From: Malacoraja senta
Lineage: Eukaryota
Length of the DNA: 36,919 nt
Direction of reading: 5' to 3'
NCBI GenBank assembly: GCA_038087875.1
Contig: JAXLNO010000184.1
Span: 1-36,919, forward strand
A model generated the notes under the pieces. That model did not search any database. It was given only the letters and a program-made list of their open reading frames with translations, and was not told the DNA's origin. Positions 1 to 11,039 of the stretch are shown here, piece after piece (the first letter of the stretch is position 1; each line of letters opens with the position of its first letter). Position numbers and translations under genes: made by a program.

Positions 1-103
1 GAAGGGAAGGCAGGAATTATTGCCTCTATAAAGCCATCGTGCGTCTATCACCAACTATCTTGGGACTGCTGTGAGTCAATGGAGAATCCTAAAACATCAC
101 GGC

Positions 104-517
104 TATGGTTGCCAACTTTCTCATTCTTAAATAAGGGACAAAAGGTCAAAATACGGGACAAATTCCCCAACGGCAATTCGTTGAGTGACTCGGCTGTGGC
201 TGGGTGAATGATGAGTTGGCCCCGGGTGCTGGACTGCACACAAAGCCCAGCCGGCGGGCCAGCTGAGGAGTTTAACCCCGGGGGGCAAAGTCCGGCCCCC
301 AGTCCAACTCGTGAACCGACGATCGGCCCATGAGGAGGTGTGGTGGTGGTGTCGGCGGTCAGCGAAGGTCAGACAGCTGGCCGGGTTGCCGACCGAACGA
401 CCGACGGGGCCACGGGCGAGGCGCTGCTGCTGCTGCTGCACTCCATGGGCTGCACTACGTAGGGACGGGCGAGGCGGGGCCGGACACGGCGATCCGACCC
501 GACAGTCTCCTCGACCC
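104..517. mobile_element. Truncated copy of the hAT-type non-autonomous DNA transposon (left end only)
   Basis: Starts TATGGTTGCCAACT with ATAAGGGACA/ATACGGGACA subterminal motifs. Colinear with 1958-2370 and breaks off at ...CTCGACCC. Confidence 0.7.
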
Positions 518-594
518 TTACAAAGCTTTGACAGGTCTTGTGCAAAAATTTCCACACACTTTAGTGGTAAACACGTCTACAAAATGCTTTGCTA

Positions 595-1090
595 ACTCCA
601 TCCGCACCTCACGCTGCCTCGGCAAGGCCAGCAGCATAATCAAGGACCAGTCTCACCCCCGGTCACTCCCTCTCCTCCCCTAACAAGGTTGTGAGTGTGG
701 AATTCTCTTCCTCAGAGGGCGGTGGAGGCCGGTTCTCTGGATACTTTTAAGAGAGAGTTAGATAGAGCTCTTAAAGATAGCGGAGTCAGGGGATATGGGG
801 AGAATGCAGGAACGGTACTGATTGTGGATGATCAGCCATGATCACAGTGAATGGCGGTCCGGGCTTGAAGGGCTGAATGGCCTAGTCCTGCACCTATGGT
901 CTATTGTCTCTCCCGTCGGGCAAGAGGTACTGAAGTGTGAAAACGAACGCACACCTCCAGATTCAGGGACAGTTTCTTCCCGGCTGTTATCAGGCAACTG
1001 AACTGTCCTCTCACCAACTAGAGAGCGGTCCTGACCTCCCATTTACCTCATTGGTGACCCTCGGACTATCTTTGATCGGATGTTACTGGG
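595..1090 (+). mobile_element. Rex1/Babar-like LINE 3' fragment interrupted by a CR1 3' fragment (~682-905)
   Basis: Encodes 'TSRCLGKASSIIKDQSHP' and resumes 'LPSGKR...' after the CR1 tail (GATCAGCCATGATCAC...CCTATGGTCTATTG). Confidence 0.7.
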
Positions 1091-1700
1091 CTTACTGGAC
1101 ATTAATGTATCCACTGACTTGTGGCCTCCACAGCCTTCTGGAGCAGATTTGGGCCATTCGGCCCATCAAGTCTACTCTGCCATTCAATCATGGCTGATCT
1201 ATCTCTCCCTCCTAACCCCATTCTCCTGCCTTCTCCCCATAATCCCTGACACCCGTACTAATCGATAATCTATCTATCTATCTATGCCTTAAAAATATCC
1301 GCTGACTTGTGGCCTCCACCGCCGTCTGTGGCAAAGAATTCCACAGATTCACCACCCTCTGGCTAAAGAAATTCCTCCTCATCTCCTTCCTAAAGGAACG
1401 TCCTTTAATTCTGAGGCTGTGCCCTCTGGTTCTAGACTCTCCCACTAGTGGAAACATCCTCTCCACATCCACTCTATCCAGGCCTTTCACTAGTCTATAC
1501 GTTTCAATGAGTTCCCCCCTCATTCTTCTAAACTCCAGTGAGTACAGGCCCATACTACAAGGGGCATGAAGGGCCGAAGGGCCTGTTTCCACGCTGTATT
1601 TCTGAACTAAAATGAACTGAACCAAACTAAACTTTTTTTCCTTATAACACAGTGCCCAGAACTGAACATAATACTTTAAATGTGGCCTCACCAATGCCTA
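1090..1700 (-). mobile_element. CR1 LINE 3' fragments, with a short SINE/LINE tail (+) at ~1565-1632
   Basis: ORF 1278-1694 'GLYSLEFRRMRGELIETYRLVKGLDRVDVERMFPLVGESRTRGHSLRIKG...FFSQRVVNLWNSLP' is the canonical CR1 ORF2 C-terminus. Confidence 0.85.
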
Positions 1701-1848
1701 TATCTTGTACTAAACGTTATTCCCTTTATCCTGTATCTGTACACTGTGGACGGCTCGATTGTAATCATGTACACTTTCCGCTGGCTGGATAGCACGCAAC
1801 AAGAAAGCTTTTCACTGTACCTCGGTACACGGGACAATAAACTCAACT
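1700..1848 (+). mobile_element. Rex1/Babar-like LINE 3' UTR and tail
   Basis: GCACGCAACAAGAAAGCTTTTCACTGTACCTCGGTACAC...ACAATAAACT. The same tail recurs at 5300-5400 and 8655-8800. Confidence 0.6.
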
Positions 1849-1957
1849 GGATGGACAGGGAAGGCTGGAATTATTGTCTCTATAAAGCCATCGTGCGTCT
1901 ATCACCAACTATCTTGGGACTGCTGTGAGTCAATGGAGAATCCTAAATCATCATGGC

Positions 1958-2478
1958 TATGGTTGCCAACTTTCTCACTCTTAAATAAGGGACAAAAGGT
2001 CAAAATACGGGACAAATTCCCCACGGCAATTTGTTGAGCGACTCGGCCGTGGCTGGGTGAATGATGAGTTGGCCCCGGGGTGCTGGACTCCACACAAAGC
2101 CCAGCCGGCGGGCCAGCTGAGGAGTTTAAGCCCGGGGGACAAAGTCCGGCCCCCAGTCCAACTCGTGAACCGACGATCGGCCCATGAGAAGGAGGGGTGG
2201 TGGTGGTGTCGGCGGTCAGCGAAGGTCAGACAGCTGTCCGGGCTGCCGACCGACCGACGGGGCCACGGGCGAGGCGGTGCTGCTGCTGCTGCACTCCATG
2301 GGCTGCACTACGTTGGGACGGGCGAGGCGGGGCCGGACACGGCGCTCCGACCCGACAGTCTCCTCGACCCGAGTAGTAGCAGTTAAATACGGGACAAGGG
2401 CGGTCCCGTACGGGATAAATCAATTTATAGGCCAATGTACGGGATGTCCCAGCTAATACGGGACAGTTGGCAACCCTA
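1958..2478. mobile_element. Complete ~520-bp non-autonomous hAT-type DNA transposon (MITE)
   Basis: TIRs TATGGTTGCCAACT ... AGTTGGCAACCCTA and repeated subterminal TACGGGA(C/T) motifs. Degenerate 8-bp TSD: ATCATGGC left (ATCACGGC in the duplicate copy) versus ATCACTGT right. No transposase. Confidence 0.75.
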
Positions 2479-2592
2479 ATCACTGTCTTCAGAGAACAGA
2501 GAATCTCGGAGGAAACCTGGCTCAAAGGCTCAGTGAACACACTTCCTCCCAGCATCAGATACGAAACAGACACAACATGCTGGAGTAACTCA

Positions 2593-3010
2593 TAGAGCCA
2601 TAGTCTTAGAGACATAGAGTGATACAGCGTGGAAACATACCCTTCGGCCCATCCTGCCCACACCGGCCATCATGCCCAATCTACACTAGACCCACGTGCC
2701 CGCGTTTGGCCCATATCCCTCCAAACCTGTCCTATCCATGTACCTGTCCAACTGTTTCTTAAACGTTGGGATAGTCCCAGCCTCAACTACCTCCTCCAGC
2801 AGCTCGTTCCATACACCCAGTTGCCCCTCAGATTCCTATTGAATCTTTTCCCCTTCACCTTGAACCCATGTCCTCTGGTCCTCGATTCCCCTACTCTGGG
2901 CAAGAGACTCTGTGCGTCTACCCGATCTATTCCTCTCATGATCAAGTACACCTCTATATGATCACCCCACATCCTCCTGCGCTCCAAGGAATAGAGTCCC
3001 AGCCTGCTCA
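2593..3010 (-). mobile_element. CR1 LINE (HER1-like subfamily) 3' fragment
   Basis: 'LGLYSLERRRMWGDHIEVYLIMRGIDRVDAQSLLPRVGESRTRGHGFKVKGKRF'. The tail GGGCCGAAGGG...TTTCCACGCTGTATC is shared with the SINE. Confidence 0.85.
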
Positions 3011-3032
3011 AGGGAGTTTCCACGGAAATGGA

Positions 3033-3188
3033 AACAAGTAACTGCAGATGCTGGTTTAACAAAAAGAAAGACACAAAGTGCTGGAGTAACTCAGCGGGTC
3101 AGGCAGCATCTCTGGGGAGAACGTGGACAGGTACAAAGTGCTGGAGTAACTCAGCGGGTCAGGCAGCATCTCTGGAGAACGTGGACAT
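3033..3188 (-). mobile_element. Penelope-like element terminal fragment with a ~60-bp tandem duplication
   Basis: CTGCAGATGCTGG...ACAAAGTGCTGGAGTAACTCAGCGGGTCAGGCAGCATCTCTGG, the latter part present twice. Reverse complement of the tail at 9190-9275. Confidence 0.7.
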
Positions 3189-3257
3189 TCTCATCAGGTC
3201 TCCCGTCAGCCTCCGACGCTCCAGAGAAAAATAATCCATTTGTCCAACAATGGTTAG

Positions 3258-3697
3258 ATGCCTCGGCAAGGTCAGCAGCATAATCAAGGACCAGTCCACT
3301 CCGGTCACTCCCTCTCCAACCCTCTCCCTTCCATCGCCTCCATCTCCACCTCACACTGCCTCGGCAAGGTCAGCAGCATAATCAAGGACCAGTCTCACTC
3401 CGGTCACTCCCTCTCCACCCCTCTCCCTTCCATCGCCTCCATCTCCACCTCACACTGCCTCGGCAAGGCCAGCAGCATAATCAAGGACCAGTCTCACCCC
3501 GGTCACTCCCTCTCCACCCCTCTCCCTTCCATCGCCTCCATCTCCACCTCACGCTGCCTCGGCAAGGCCAGCAGCATAATCAAGGACCAGTCTCACCCCC
3601 CGTCACTCCCTCTTCTCCCCACTCCCATGGGGCAAGAGGTACAGAAGTGTGAAAACGAACACACACCTCCAGATTCAGGGACAGTTTATTCCCGGCT
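3258..3697 (+). repeat. Four tandem ~99-bp units derived from the Rex1/Babar ORF 3' end
   Basis: GCCTCGGCAAGG starts at 3260, 3358, 3457 and 3556. The unit translates 'CLGKASSIIKDQSHPGHSLSTPLPSIASISTS'. Confidence 0.85.
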
Positions 3698-3711
3698 GCC
3701 CAACGGGTAGA

Positions 3712-4048
3712 GGGCCGTCATGGTGGTGCAGCGGGTAGAGCTGCTGCCTCACAGCGCCAGAGACCCGGGTTCCATCCCGACTACGGGTGCTATCTGTATG
3801 GAGTTTGCATGATCTCCCCGTGACCTGCGTGGGTTTTCTCCGGGCGCTCCGGTTTCCTCCCACACTACAAAGACGTGCGTGTTTGCAGATTAATTGGCTT
3901 CGGTAAAATTGGAAATTGTCCCGTGTGTGTGTGTGTAGGATAGTGTTAGTGTGCGGGGATCGCTGGTCGGCGCGGACTCGATGGGCCGAAGGGCCTGTTT
4001 CCGCGCTATATCTCTCAGCTAAACTACGCTGAACTTAACTAAACTAAA
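3712..4048 (+). mobile_element. Full-length tRNA-derived V-SINE (HE1-like)
   Basis: A-box TGGTGCAGCGGG, B-box GGTTCCATCCC, V-domain GGAGTTTGCATGATCTCCCCGTGACCTGCGTGGGTTTTCTCCGGGCGCTCCGGTTTCCTCCCACA, CR1-derived tail and (CTAAA)n end. Confidence 0.88.
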
Positions 4049-4299
4049 TCTTCTAGGAAGTTGTGATATGGGAACTAGTTAGTGTGTGTGGGGGGGGTGA
4101 GCTTCAGAATGATATCTTGCAGGGGACAAACTCTTCTGCAGAGGAAGTCATCTCTACGTTCAGATGGAATCTCTTTTGTTCTCAGAAGAACACAAACCAA
4201 ATGCAGATAACAGCCAGCCCTTAGAAGGCTTTGACAAGTCTTGTGTAACATTTTCCACACACTTTAATGGTAAACAAGTCTACAAAATGCTTCGCTAAC

Positions 4300-4937
4300 T
4301 CCATCTACACCCCACGCTGCCTCATCAAGGCGAGCCGCATAATCAAGGACCAGTCTCACCCCCGGTCACTCGCTCTCCTCCCCTAACAAGGCTAATTCCC
4401 GGGGTGGCAGGACTGTCATATGCTGAGAGAATGCAGCGGCTGGGCTTGTATACTCGAGTTTAGGATGAGAGGGGATCTTATTGAAACATATAAAATTATT
4501 AAGGGGTTGGACACGATAGAGGCAGGAAACATGTTCCCGACGTTAGGGGAATCCAGAACCAGGGGCCACACACAGTTTAAGAATAAGGGGTCGGCCATTT
4601 AGAACGGAGACGAGGAAGCACTTTTCTCCCAGAGAGTTGTGAGTCTGTGGAATTCTCTGCCTCAAAGGGCGGTGGAGGCCGGTTCTCTGGATGGTTTCAA
4701 GAGAGAGTTAGATTGAGCTATTAAAGATAGCGGAGTCAGGGGATGTGGGGAGAAGGCAGGAACGGGGTACTGATTGGGGATGATCAGCCATGATCACATT
4801 GAATGGCGGTGCTGGCTCAAAGAGCCAAATGGCCTACTCCTGCACCTATTGTCTATTGTCTCTCCCATCGGGCAAGAGGTACAGAAGTATTAAACGAATG
4901 CACACCTCCAGATCCAGGGGCAGTATTTTCCCGGCTG
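4300..4937 (+). mobile_element. Rex1/Babar fragment with a nested CR1 3' fragment (4383-4859)
   Basis: Same Rex1 and CR1 junctions as at 595-990. CR1 peptide 'MRGDLIETYKIIKGLDTIEAGNMFP' and TATTGTCTATTGTC tail. Confidence 0.8.
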
Positions 4938-4950
4938 CCCAACATGTAGT

Positions 4951-5288
4951 GCCCATCACGGTGGCACAGCGGGTAGAGCTGCTGCCTCACAGCGCCAGAG
5001 ACCCGGGTTCCATCCCGACCACGGGTTCTGTCTGTACGGAGTCTGCACGTTCTCCCCGTGACCTGCGTGGGTTTTCTCTGGGCGCAGTTTTCTTGGAGTT
5101 CTGGGGTTTTCTTGGAGTACGGTTTCCTCCAAAGACGTGCGGGTTTGTAGGTTAATTGCCTTCAGTAAAATTGTAAATTGTCCCTAGTGTGTGTAGGATA
5201 GTGTTAGTGTGCGGGGATCGCTGGTCGGCACAGACTCGGTGGGCCGAAGGGCCTGTATCCACGCTGTATCTCTGAACTGAACCAAACT
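4951..5288 (+). mobile_element. Full-length V-SINE (HE1-like)
   Basis: GGTGGCACAGCGGGTAGAG head, GGTTCCATCCC B-box, V-domain and GGGCCGAAGGGCCTGTATCC tail. Confidence 0.85.
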
Positions 5289-5584
5289 CTGCGGGTGGGC
5301 TAGATTGTAATCATGTCCAGTCTTCCCGCTGGCTGGTTCGCACGCAGCTGAAAATAGTTGTTCACTGTAACTCGGTGCATGTGACAACAAACTAAACTAG
5401 ATTCAATATTCGTGCCAAGGGACTTGCAACGTTCAGGCACTTTCACTTCATGTCTATCTGTTCATGTTTGAAGTCTTCTCACACAGTTTGTGGTCTGTCG
5501 CTGGTTCCTGCTTGCGAGGGAGTTAGAGAGGAAAATAGAACTGATTGACAAAACAACCCATCTTTTACCAGGATGTTTGTAAGT

Positions 5585-6000
5585 GATAGGAACAGAATTA
5601 GGCCATTTGGCCCATCAAGTCTACTCCGCCATTCGATCATGGCTGATCTATCTCTCCCTCCTAACCCTTCTCTCCCTCCCTCTCTCTCTCTCCCTCCCTC
5701 TAACCCCCTCTCCCTCTCTTCCCCACTTCACCCCCCCCCCCATCCCTCCTAACCACCCCAGTTGATTGGGGATACTCAGTATGGTTTAAGTTCCGTTTAG
5801 TTTAGAGATACAGCGTGGAAACAGGCCCTTCGGCCCACCGAGTCCGTGCCGACCAGCGATCGCCCGTTCACACACTAGTTTAGTTTAGAGATACAGCCCG
5901 GAAACAGTCCCTTCGGCCCACCGAGTCCGCGCCGACCAGCGATCCCCGCACACTAACACTATCCTACACACACTAGGGACAATTTGCAATTTTACTAAAG
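5585..6000 (-). mobile_element. CR1 tail fragment, CT-rich simple repeat and two tandem V-SINE 3' ends
   Basis: GTTTAGTTTAGAGATACAGC..GGAAACAG.CCCTTCGGCCCACCGAGTCCG at ~5796 and ~5878. Confidence 0.75.
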
Positions 6001-6244
6001 CCAGATGGTCTGGGCTGCGTCCGCAACTCTGTCTTGGATGGAGCTGTTCCCAAAACGGACTGTGATATCATCCACCGATCTATCATGACCCAATCACATT
6101 GAATCTACACCCAAGAAGCCACACCAATACCTCTACATCCCATAGAGGTTTAGTACGTCTTTAGTGGCTTTTACAAACTTCCACAGATGCACCATAGAAA
6201 GCATATTGTCAAACTGCATCACAGCTTGGTTTGGGAACACCGCT

Positions 6245-6932
6245 TAGAAACATAGAAAAAAAAGGTGCAGGAGTAGGCCATTCGGCCCTTTGAGCCAGCA
6301 CCGCCATTTAATATGATCATGGCTGCTCATCCACAATCAGTACCCCGTTCCTGCTTTCTCCCCATATCCCTTGATTCCGTTCGCCTTAAGAGCTAAATCT
6401 AACTCTCTCTTGAAAACATCCAGTGAATCGGCCTCCACTGCCTTCTGTGGCAGAGAATTCCACAGATTCACAACTCTCTGGGTGGAAAAAGTTTTTCCTC
6501 ATCTCAGTCCTATATGGCCGACCCCTTATTCTTAAACTGTGTGTGGCCCCTGGTTCTGCACGCCCCCAACATCGGGAACATGTTTCCTGCCTCTAGCGTG
6601 TCCAACCGCTTAATAGTCTTATATGTTTCAATAAGATGCCCTCTCATCCTTTTAAACTCCAGAGTATACAAGCCCAGCTGCTCCATTCTCTCAGCATATG
6701 ACAGTCCCACCGTCCCGGGAATTAACCTGGTGAACCTACGCTGGGCTCCTTCAATAGCAAGAATGTCCTTCCTCAAATTTGAAGACCAAAACTGCACATA
6801 ATACTCCAGGTGCGGTCTCACCAGGGCCCTGTACAACTGCAGTAGGACCTCTTTGCTCCCACTCAAATCCTCTCGCTATGAAGGCCCAACAGGCCACTAG
6901 CTTTCTTCACTGTCTGCTGTACCTGCATGTTT
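6245..6932 (-). mobile_element. CR1 LINE 3' fragment
   Basis: ORF 6510-6866 'VLLQLYRALVRPHLEYYVQFWS...RRFTRLIPG...LIETYK', with a TTCTATGT-type tail at ~6248. Confidence 0.9.
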
Positions 6933-6971
6933 ACTAGTCAAGAGTCAAGAGTGTTTTATTGTCATATGTCT

Positions 6972-7453
6972 TGCTATTGAGGGAGTGCAACGTAGGTTCA
7001 CTGTCATATGCTGAGAGAATGGAACGACTGGGCTTGTACACTCTGGAATTTAGAAGGATGAGAGAGGATCTTATTGAAACATATAAGATTATTAAGGATT
7101 TGGACATGCTAGAGGCAGGAAACATGTTCCCGATGTTGGGGGAGTCCAGAACCAGGGCCACAGTTTAAGAATAAGGGGTCGGACATTTAGAACGGAGACG
7201 AGGAAACACTTTTTCACGCAGAGAGTTGCGAGTCTGTGGGATTCTCTGCCTCAGAGGGCGGTGGAGGCCGGTTCTCTGGATACTTTCCAGAGAGAGTTAG
7301 ATAGGGCTCTTAAAGATAGCGGAGTCAGGGGATATGGGGAGAAGGCAGGAACGGGGTACTGATTGGGGATGATCAGCCATGATCACAGTGAATGGTGGTG
7401 CTGGCTGGAAGGCCCAAATGGCCTACTGCTGCACCTATTGTCTATTGTCTATT
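6972..7453 (+). mobile_element. CR1 LINE 3' fragment, inserted in another retroelement tail (6935-6971 and 7455-7633)
   Basis: 'LSYAERMERLGLYTLEFRRMREDLIETYKIIK' and a (TATTGTC)n tail. Confidence 0.85.
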
Positions 7454-7633
7454 GCCGGATGGGACAATGAAATTCTTACTTGCGGCAGCACAACAGAATA
7501 TGTGAATATGTAAACATTATACATAACGGGGGAAGAGAAAAAAATGTTCAATAAATAACTAATATAGTGCAGTAATGATAATATTTTGCAGTTCAGAGCT
7601 CAGAGCTTATTTGTTGTTGTGTTTAATAGCCTG

Positions 7634-7856
7634 ATCAGTGACTGATGTACAAGGACACCAAGGTCTCGTTGTACTTCCCCTTTTCGTAATCTGACACCAT
7701 TCAGATAATAATCTGCCTTCCTGTTTTTGCCACCAAAGTGGTCAACCTCACATTGATACACATTGTACTGCATCTGCCCACTCACCCAACCTGTCCAAGT
7801 CACCCTACATCCTCATCACAGCTCACACTGCCATCCCAGCTTTGTGTCATCCGCAA
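7634..7856 (-). mobile_element. CR1 RT-domain fragment
   Basis: 'QMQYNVYQCEVDHFGGKNRKADYYLNG...RDLGVLVHQSL', preceded by a FADD-like motif. Confidence 0.85.
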
Positions 7857-7857
7857 A

Positions 7858-8800
7858 CCCAAACTCTCCACAAGACTCCTTTCCATCCATCGCCTCCATC
7901 TACACCTCAAGCTGCCTCGGCAAGGCCAGCAGCATAATCGAGGACCAGTCTCACCCCCGGTCACTCCCTCTTCTCCCCCTCTCCCAAATGGCAAGAGGTA
8001 CAGAAGTGTGAAAAGGAACGCACATCTCCAGATTCAGGAACAGTCTCTTCCCGGCTGTTATTGGGCAACTGAACCATCCCTACCACAACCAGAGAGCGGT
8101 CCTGAACTACTATCTACCTCATTGGTGACCCTCGGAATATCCTTGATCGGTCTTTACCTTGTACTAAAATGTAAGAACGATCCCAAGAATGAGTGGGTTA
8201 ACGTATGATGAGCATTTGTCGGCACTGGCCTGTACTCGCTGGAGTTTAGAAGAATGAGGGGGGACCTCATTGAAACTTTCTGAATAGTGAAAGGCTGGAT
8301 AGAGTGGATGTGGAGAGGATGTTTCCACTAGTGGGAGAGTCTAGGACCAGAGGTCACAGCCTCAGAATTAAAGGACGTTCCTTTACGAAGGAAATGAGGA
8401 GGAATTTCTTTAGTCAGAGGGTGGTGAATCTGTGGAATTCTTTGCCACAGACTGCGGTGGAGGCCACAAGTCAGTGGATATTTTTAAGGCAGAGATAGAT
8501 AGATTCTTGATTAGTACGGGTGTCAGGGGTTATGGGAAGAAGTAGGAGAATGGGGTTAGGAGGGAGAGATATATCAGCCACGATTGAATGGCAGAGGAGA
8601 CTTGATGGGCCAAATGGCGTAATTCTGCTCCTATCCCTTATGACCCTTACCACCTTATAACTAAACATTATTCCCTTATCATGTAATCTATACCTTGTAA
8701 ACGGTTCCATTGTAAACATGTATTGTCTTTCCGCTGACTGGTTAGCACGCAACAAAAGCTTTTCACTGTATCTCGGTACACGTGGCAATAAACTAAACTG
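7858..8800 (+). mobile_element. Rex1/Babar 3' fragment interrupted by CR1 (~8171-8650)
   Basis: 'PSIASIYTSSCLGKASSIIEDQSHP', then CR1 'MDVERMFPLVGESRTRGHSLRIKG', then the Rex1 tail resumes at ~8655. Confidence 0.8.
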
Positions 8801-9278
8801 ATCGACGAGACCAACGCAGGCTCAGCGATCGTTTCATTGAACACCTCCACTCAGTCTGCCTGGACCTACCTGATCTCCCGGTATCCCAGCACTTCAACTC
8901 CCCCTCCCATTCCCACACTGACCTTTCTGTCCTGGGCCTCCTCCATTGTCAGAGGGAGGCCCAGCGCAAATTGGAGGAGCAGCACCTCATACTTCGCTTG
9001 GCTAGCTTACACCCCAGTGGTATGAACATTGACTTCTCTAACTTCAGATAGCCCTTGCTTTCCCTCTCTCTCCATCCCTTCCCCCTTCCCAGTTCTCCCA
9101 CTAGTCTTACTGTCTCCGACTACATTCCATCTGTCCCGCCCCCTTTCCTGACATCAGTCTGAAGGATATCGACCGAAACATCGCCCATTCCTTCTCTCCA
9201 GAGATGCTGCCTCCACCCGCTGAGTTACTCCAGCACTTTGTCTACCTTCGATTTAAACCAGCATCTGCAGTTCTTTCC
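8800..9278 (+). mobile_element. Penelope-like element 3' fragment: GIY-YIG endonuclease C-terminus plus pLTR with a degenerate hammerhead core
   Basis: Translates 'RLSDRFIEHLHSVCLDLPDLPVSQHFNSPSHSHTDLSVLGLLHCQREAQRKLEEQHLILRLASLHPSGMNIDFSNFR*' (stop 9049-9051). CTGAAGGATATCGACCGAAAC at ~9159. Confidence 0.85.
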
Positions 9279-9289
9279 CACTCAGTAGT

Positions 9290-10703
9290 ATTTAAAGAGT
9301 CCTTTTCATAATGGCAGGCAGTGACTAGTGGGGTGCCGCAAGGCTCGGTGCTGGGACCACTATTATTATTTACAATATATAAAATCATGAGAGGAATAGA
9401 TCGGGTAGACGCACAGAGTCTCTTGCCCAGAGTCGGGGAATCGAGGACCAGGGGACATAGGTTCAAGGTGAAGGGGAAAAGATTTAATAGGAATCTGAGG
9501 GGTAACTTTTTCACACAAAGGGTGGTGGGTGTATAGAACGAGCTGCGGGAGGAGGTAGTTGAGGCTGGGACTAAGAAATAGTTGGACAGGTACATGGATA
9601 GGACAGGTTTGGAGGGATATGGGCCAAACGCAGGCACTAGTGTGGGACTAGTGTGGCTGGGATATGTTGGCCAGTGTGGGCAAGTTGGACCGAAGGGCCT
9701 GTTTCCACGCTGTATCATTCTATGATTCTATATTAACGATTTAGACGTAAATGTAACATCTCCAAGTTTGTGGATGACACAAAGCTGGGTGGCTGTGTGA
9801 GCTGTGAGGAGGATGCTATGAGGCTGCAGGGTGACTTGGACAGGTTGGGAGAGTGGGCAGATGCATGGCAGATACAGTTTAATGTGGATAAATGTGAGGT
9901 TATCCACTTTGGTGGCAAGAACAAGAAGGCAGATTATTATCTGAATGGTGTCAGATTAGGAAAAGGGGAGGTGCAATGAGGCCTGGGTGTCCTTGTACAT
10001 CAGTCACTGAAAGTAAGCATGTAGATACAGCAGGCAGTGAAGAAAGCAAATGGCATGTTGGCTTTCATAGCGGGAGGATTTGAGTACAGGAGCAAGGATG
10101 GTCCTACTGCAGTTGTACAGGGACCTGGTGAGACCACACATGGAGTATTGTGTGCAGTTTTGGTCTCCAAATTTGAGGAACGACATTCTTACCATTGAGG
10201 GAGTGCAGCGTAGGTTCACCAAGTTAATTCCCGGTGCTGGATTGAAGGGCCGAATGGCCTACTCCTGCACCTATTTTCTATGTATCTAAGACTGTATCTC
10301 CACATGGTATATCTGAGAAGGCACAACGTTCTGGAGTAATACGTATTGAGTACAGAAGTTGGGAGGTCACGTTGCAGTTGTACAAGACGTTGGTGAGGCC
10401 GCATTTAGTGTATTGTGTTCAGTTCTGGGCACCGTGTTACAGGAAAGATGTCGTCGAGCTGGAAAGGGCGCAGAGAAGATTTACGAGGATGTGGACGGGA
10501 CTCGAGGGAGCTACAGGGAGAGGTTGGGGCAGGCTGGGTCTCTATTCCTTGGAGCACAGGAAGATGAGGCAGAGGTGTACAAAATCTTGAGAGGAATAGA
10601 TTGGGTAGACGCTCAGAGTCTCTTGTCCAGAGTAGAGGAATCGAGAACCAGAGGACATAGGTTCAAGGTGAAGGGGAAAAGATTTAATGGGAACTTGAGG
10701 GGT
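9290..10703 (+). mobile_element. Three tandem, internally deleted CR1 fragments (~9290-9730, 9731-10285, 10345-10703)
   Basis: 'TSGVPQGSVLGPLLLFTIY', 'DDTKLGG...LQGDLDRLGEWA', 'LYKTLVRPHLVYCVQFWAP'. Confidence 0.88.
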
Positions 10704-10705
10704 GA

Positions 10706-10845
10706 TGCGTGTGCTTGTATGTGAGTGCGTACGTGTGTGCGCGTGCATGTGTGTGCGTATGTATGTGCTTGCGTATGTGTGCGTGCGTGAGTGTGTGTGC
10801 GCGTGCATGTGTGTGCGTATGTGTGTGTGCTTGCGTGTGTGTGTG
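10706..10845. repeat. Degenerate (GT/GC)n microsatellite
   Basis: Alternating purine-pyrimidine tract seen directly. Confidence 0.9.
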
Positions 10846-11039
10846 ATGGGCCGGTGCAGATGATATTATGACCCAATTATTACAGAAAGACAAATAAACA
10901 ACAAATCTTGCTCACAAGAGCACTCGAGATCAGAGACACTCTTTCTAAACCACGACAGTGACTAGATCTCCTAGAGGTTCCTGCTCTCTGTTCTATAGAA
11001 ATGGAAACAGCCACTTTGGAGACAGGTGATAAGTGATAA

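Noticed and set aside
127..683. GC-rich overlapping ORFs (also 2057-2663)
   Set aside because: They lie within the MITE, have no recognisable domain, and indels differ between the two copies.
3712..3790. tRNA gene
   Set aside because: The A and B boxes continue into a V-domain and LINE tail, so this is a SINE head. The same applies at 4951 and 12588.
4050..4300. Non-repeat island as a coding exon
   Set aside because: I found no convincing splice-site pair or recognisable peptide in any frame.
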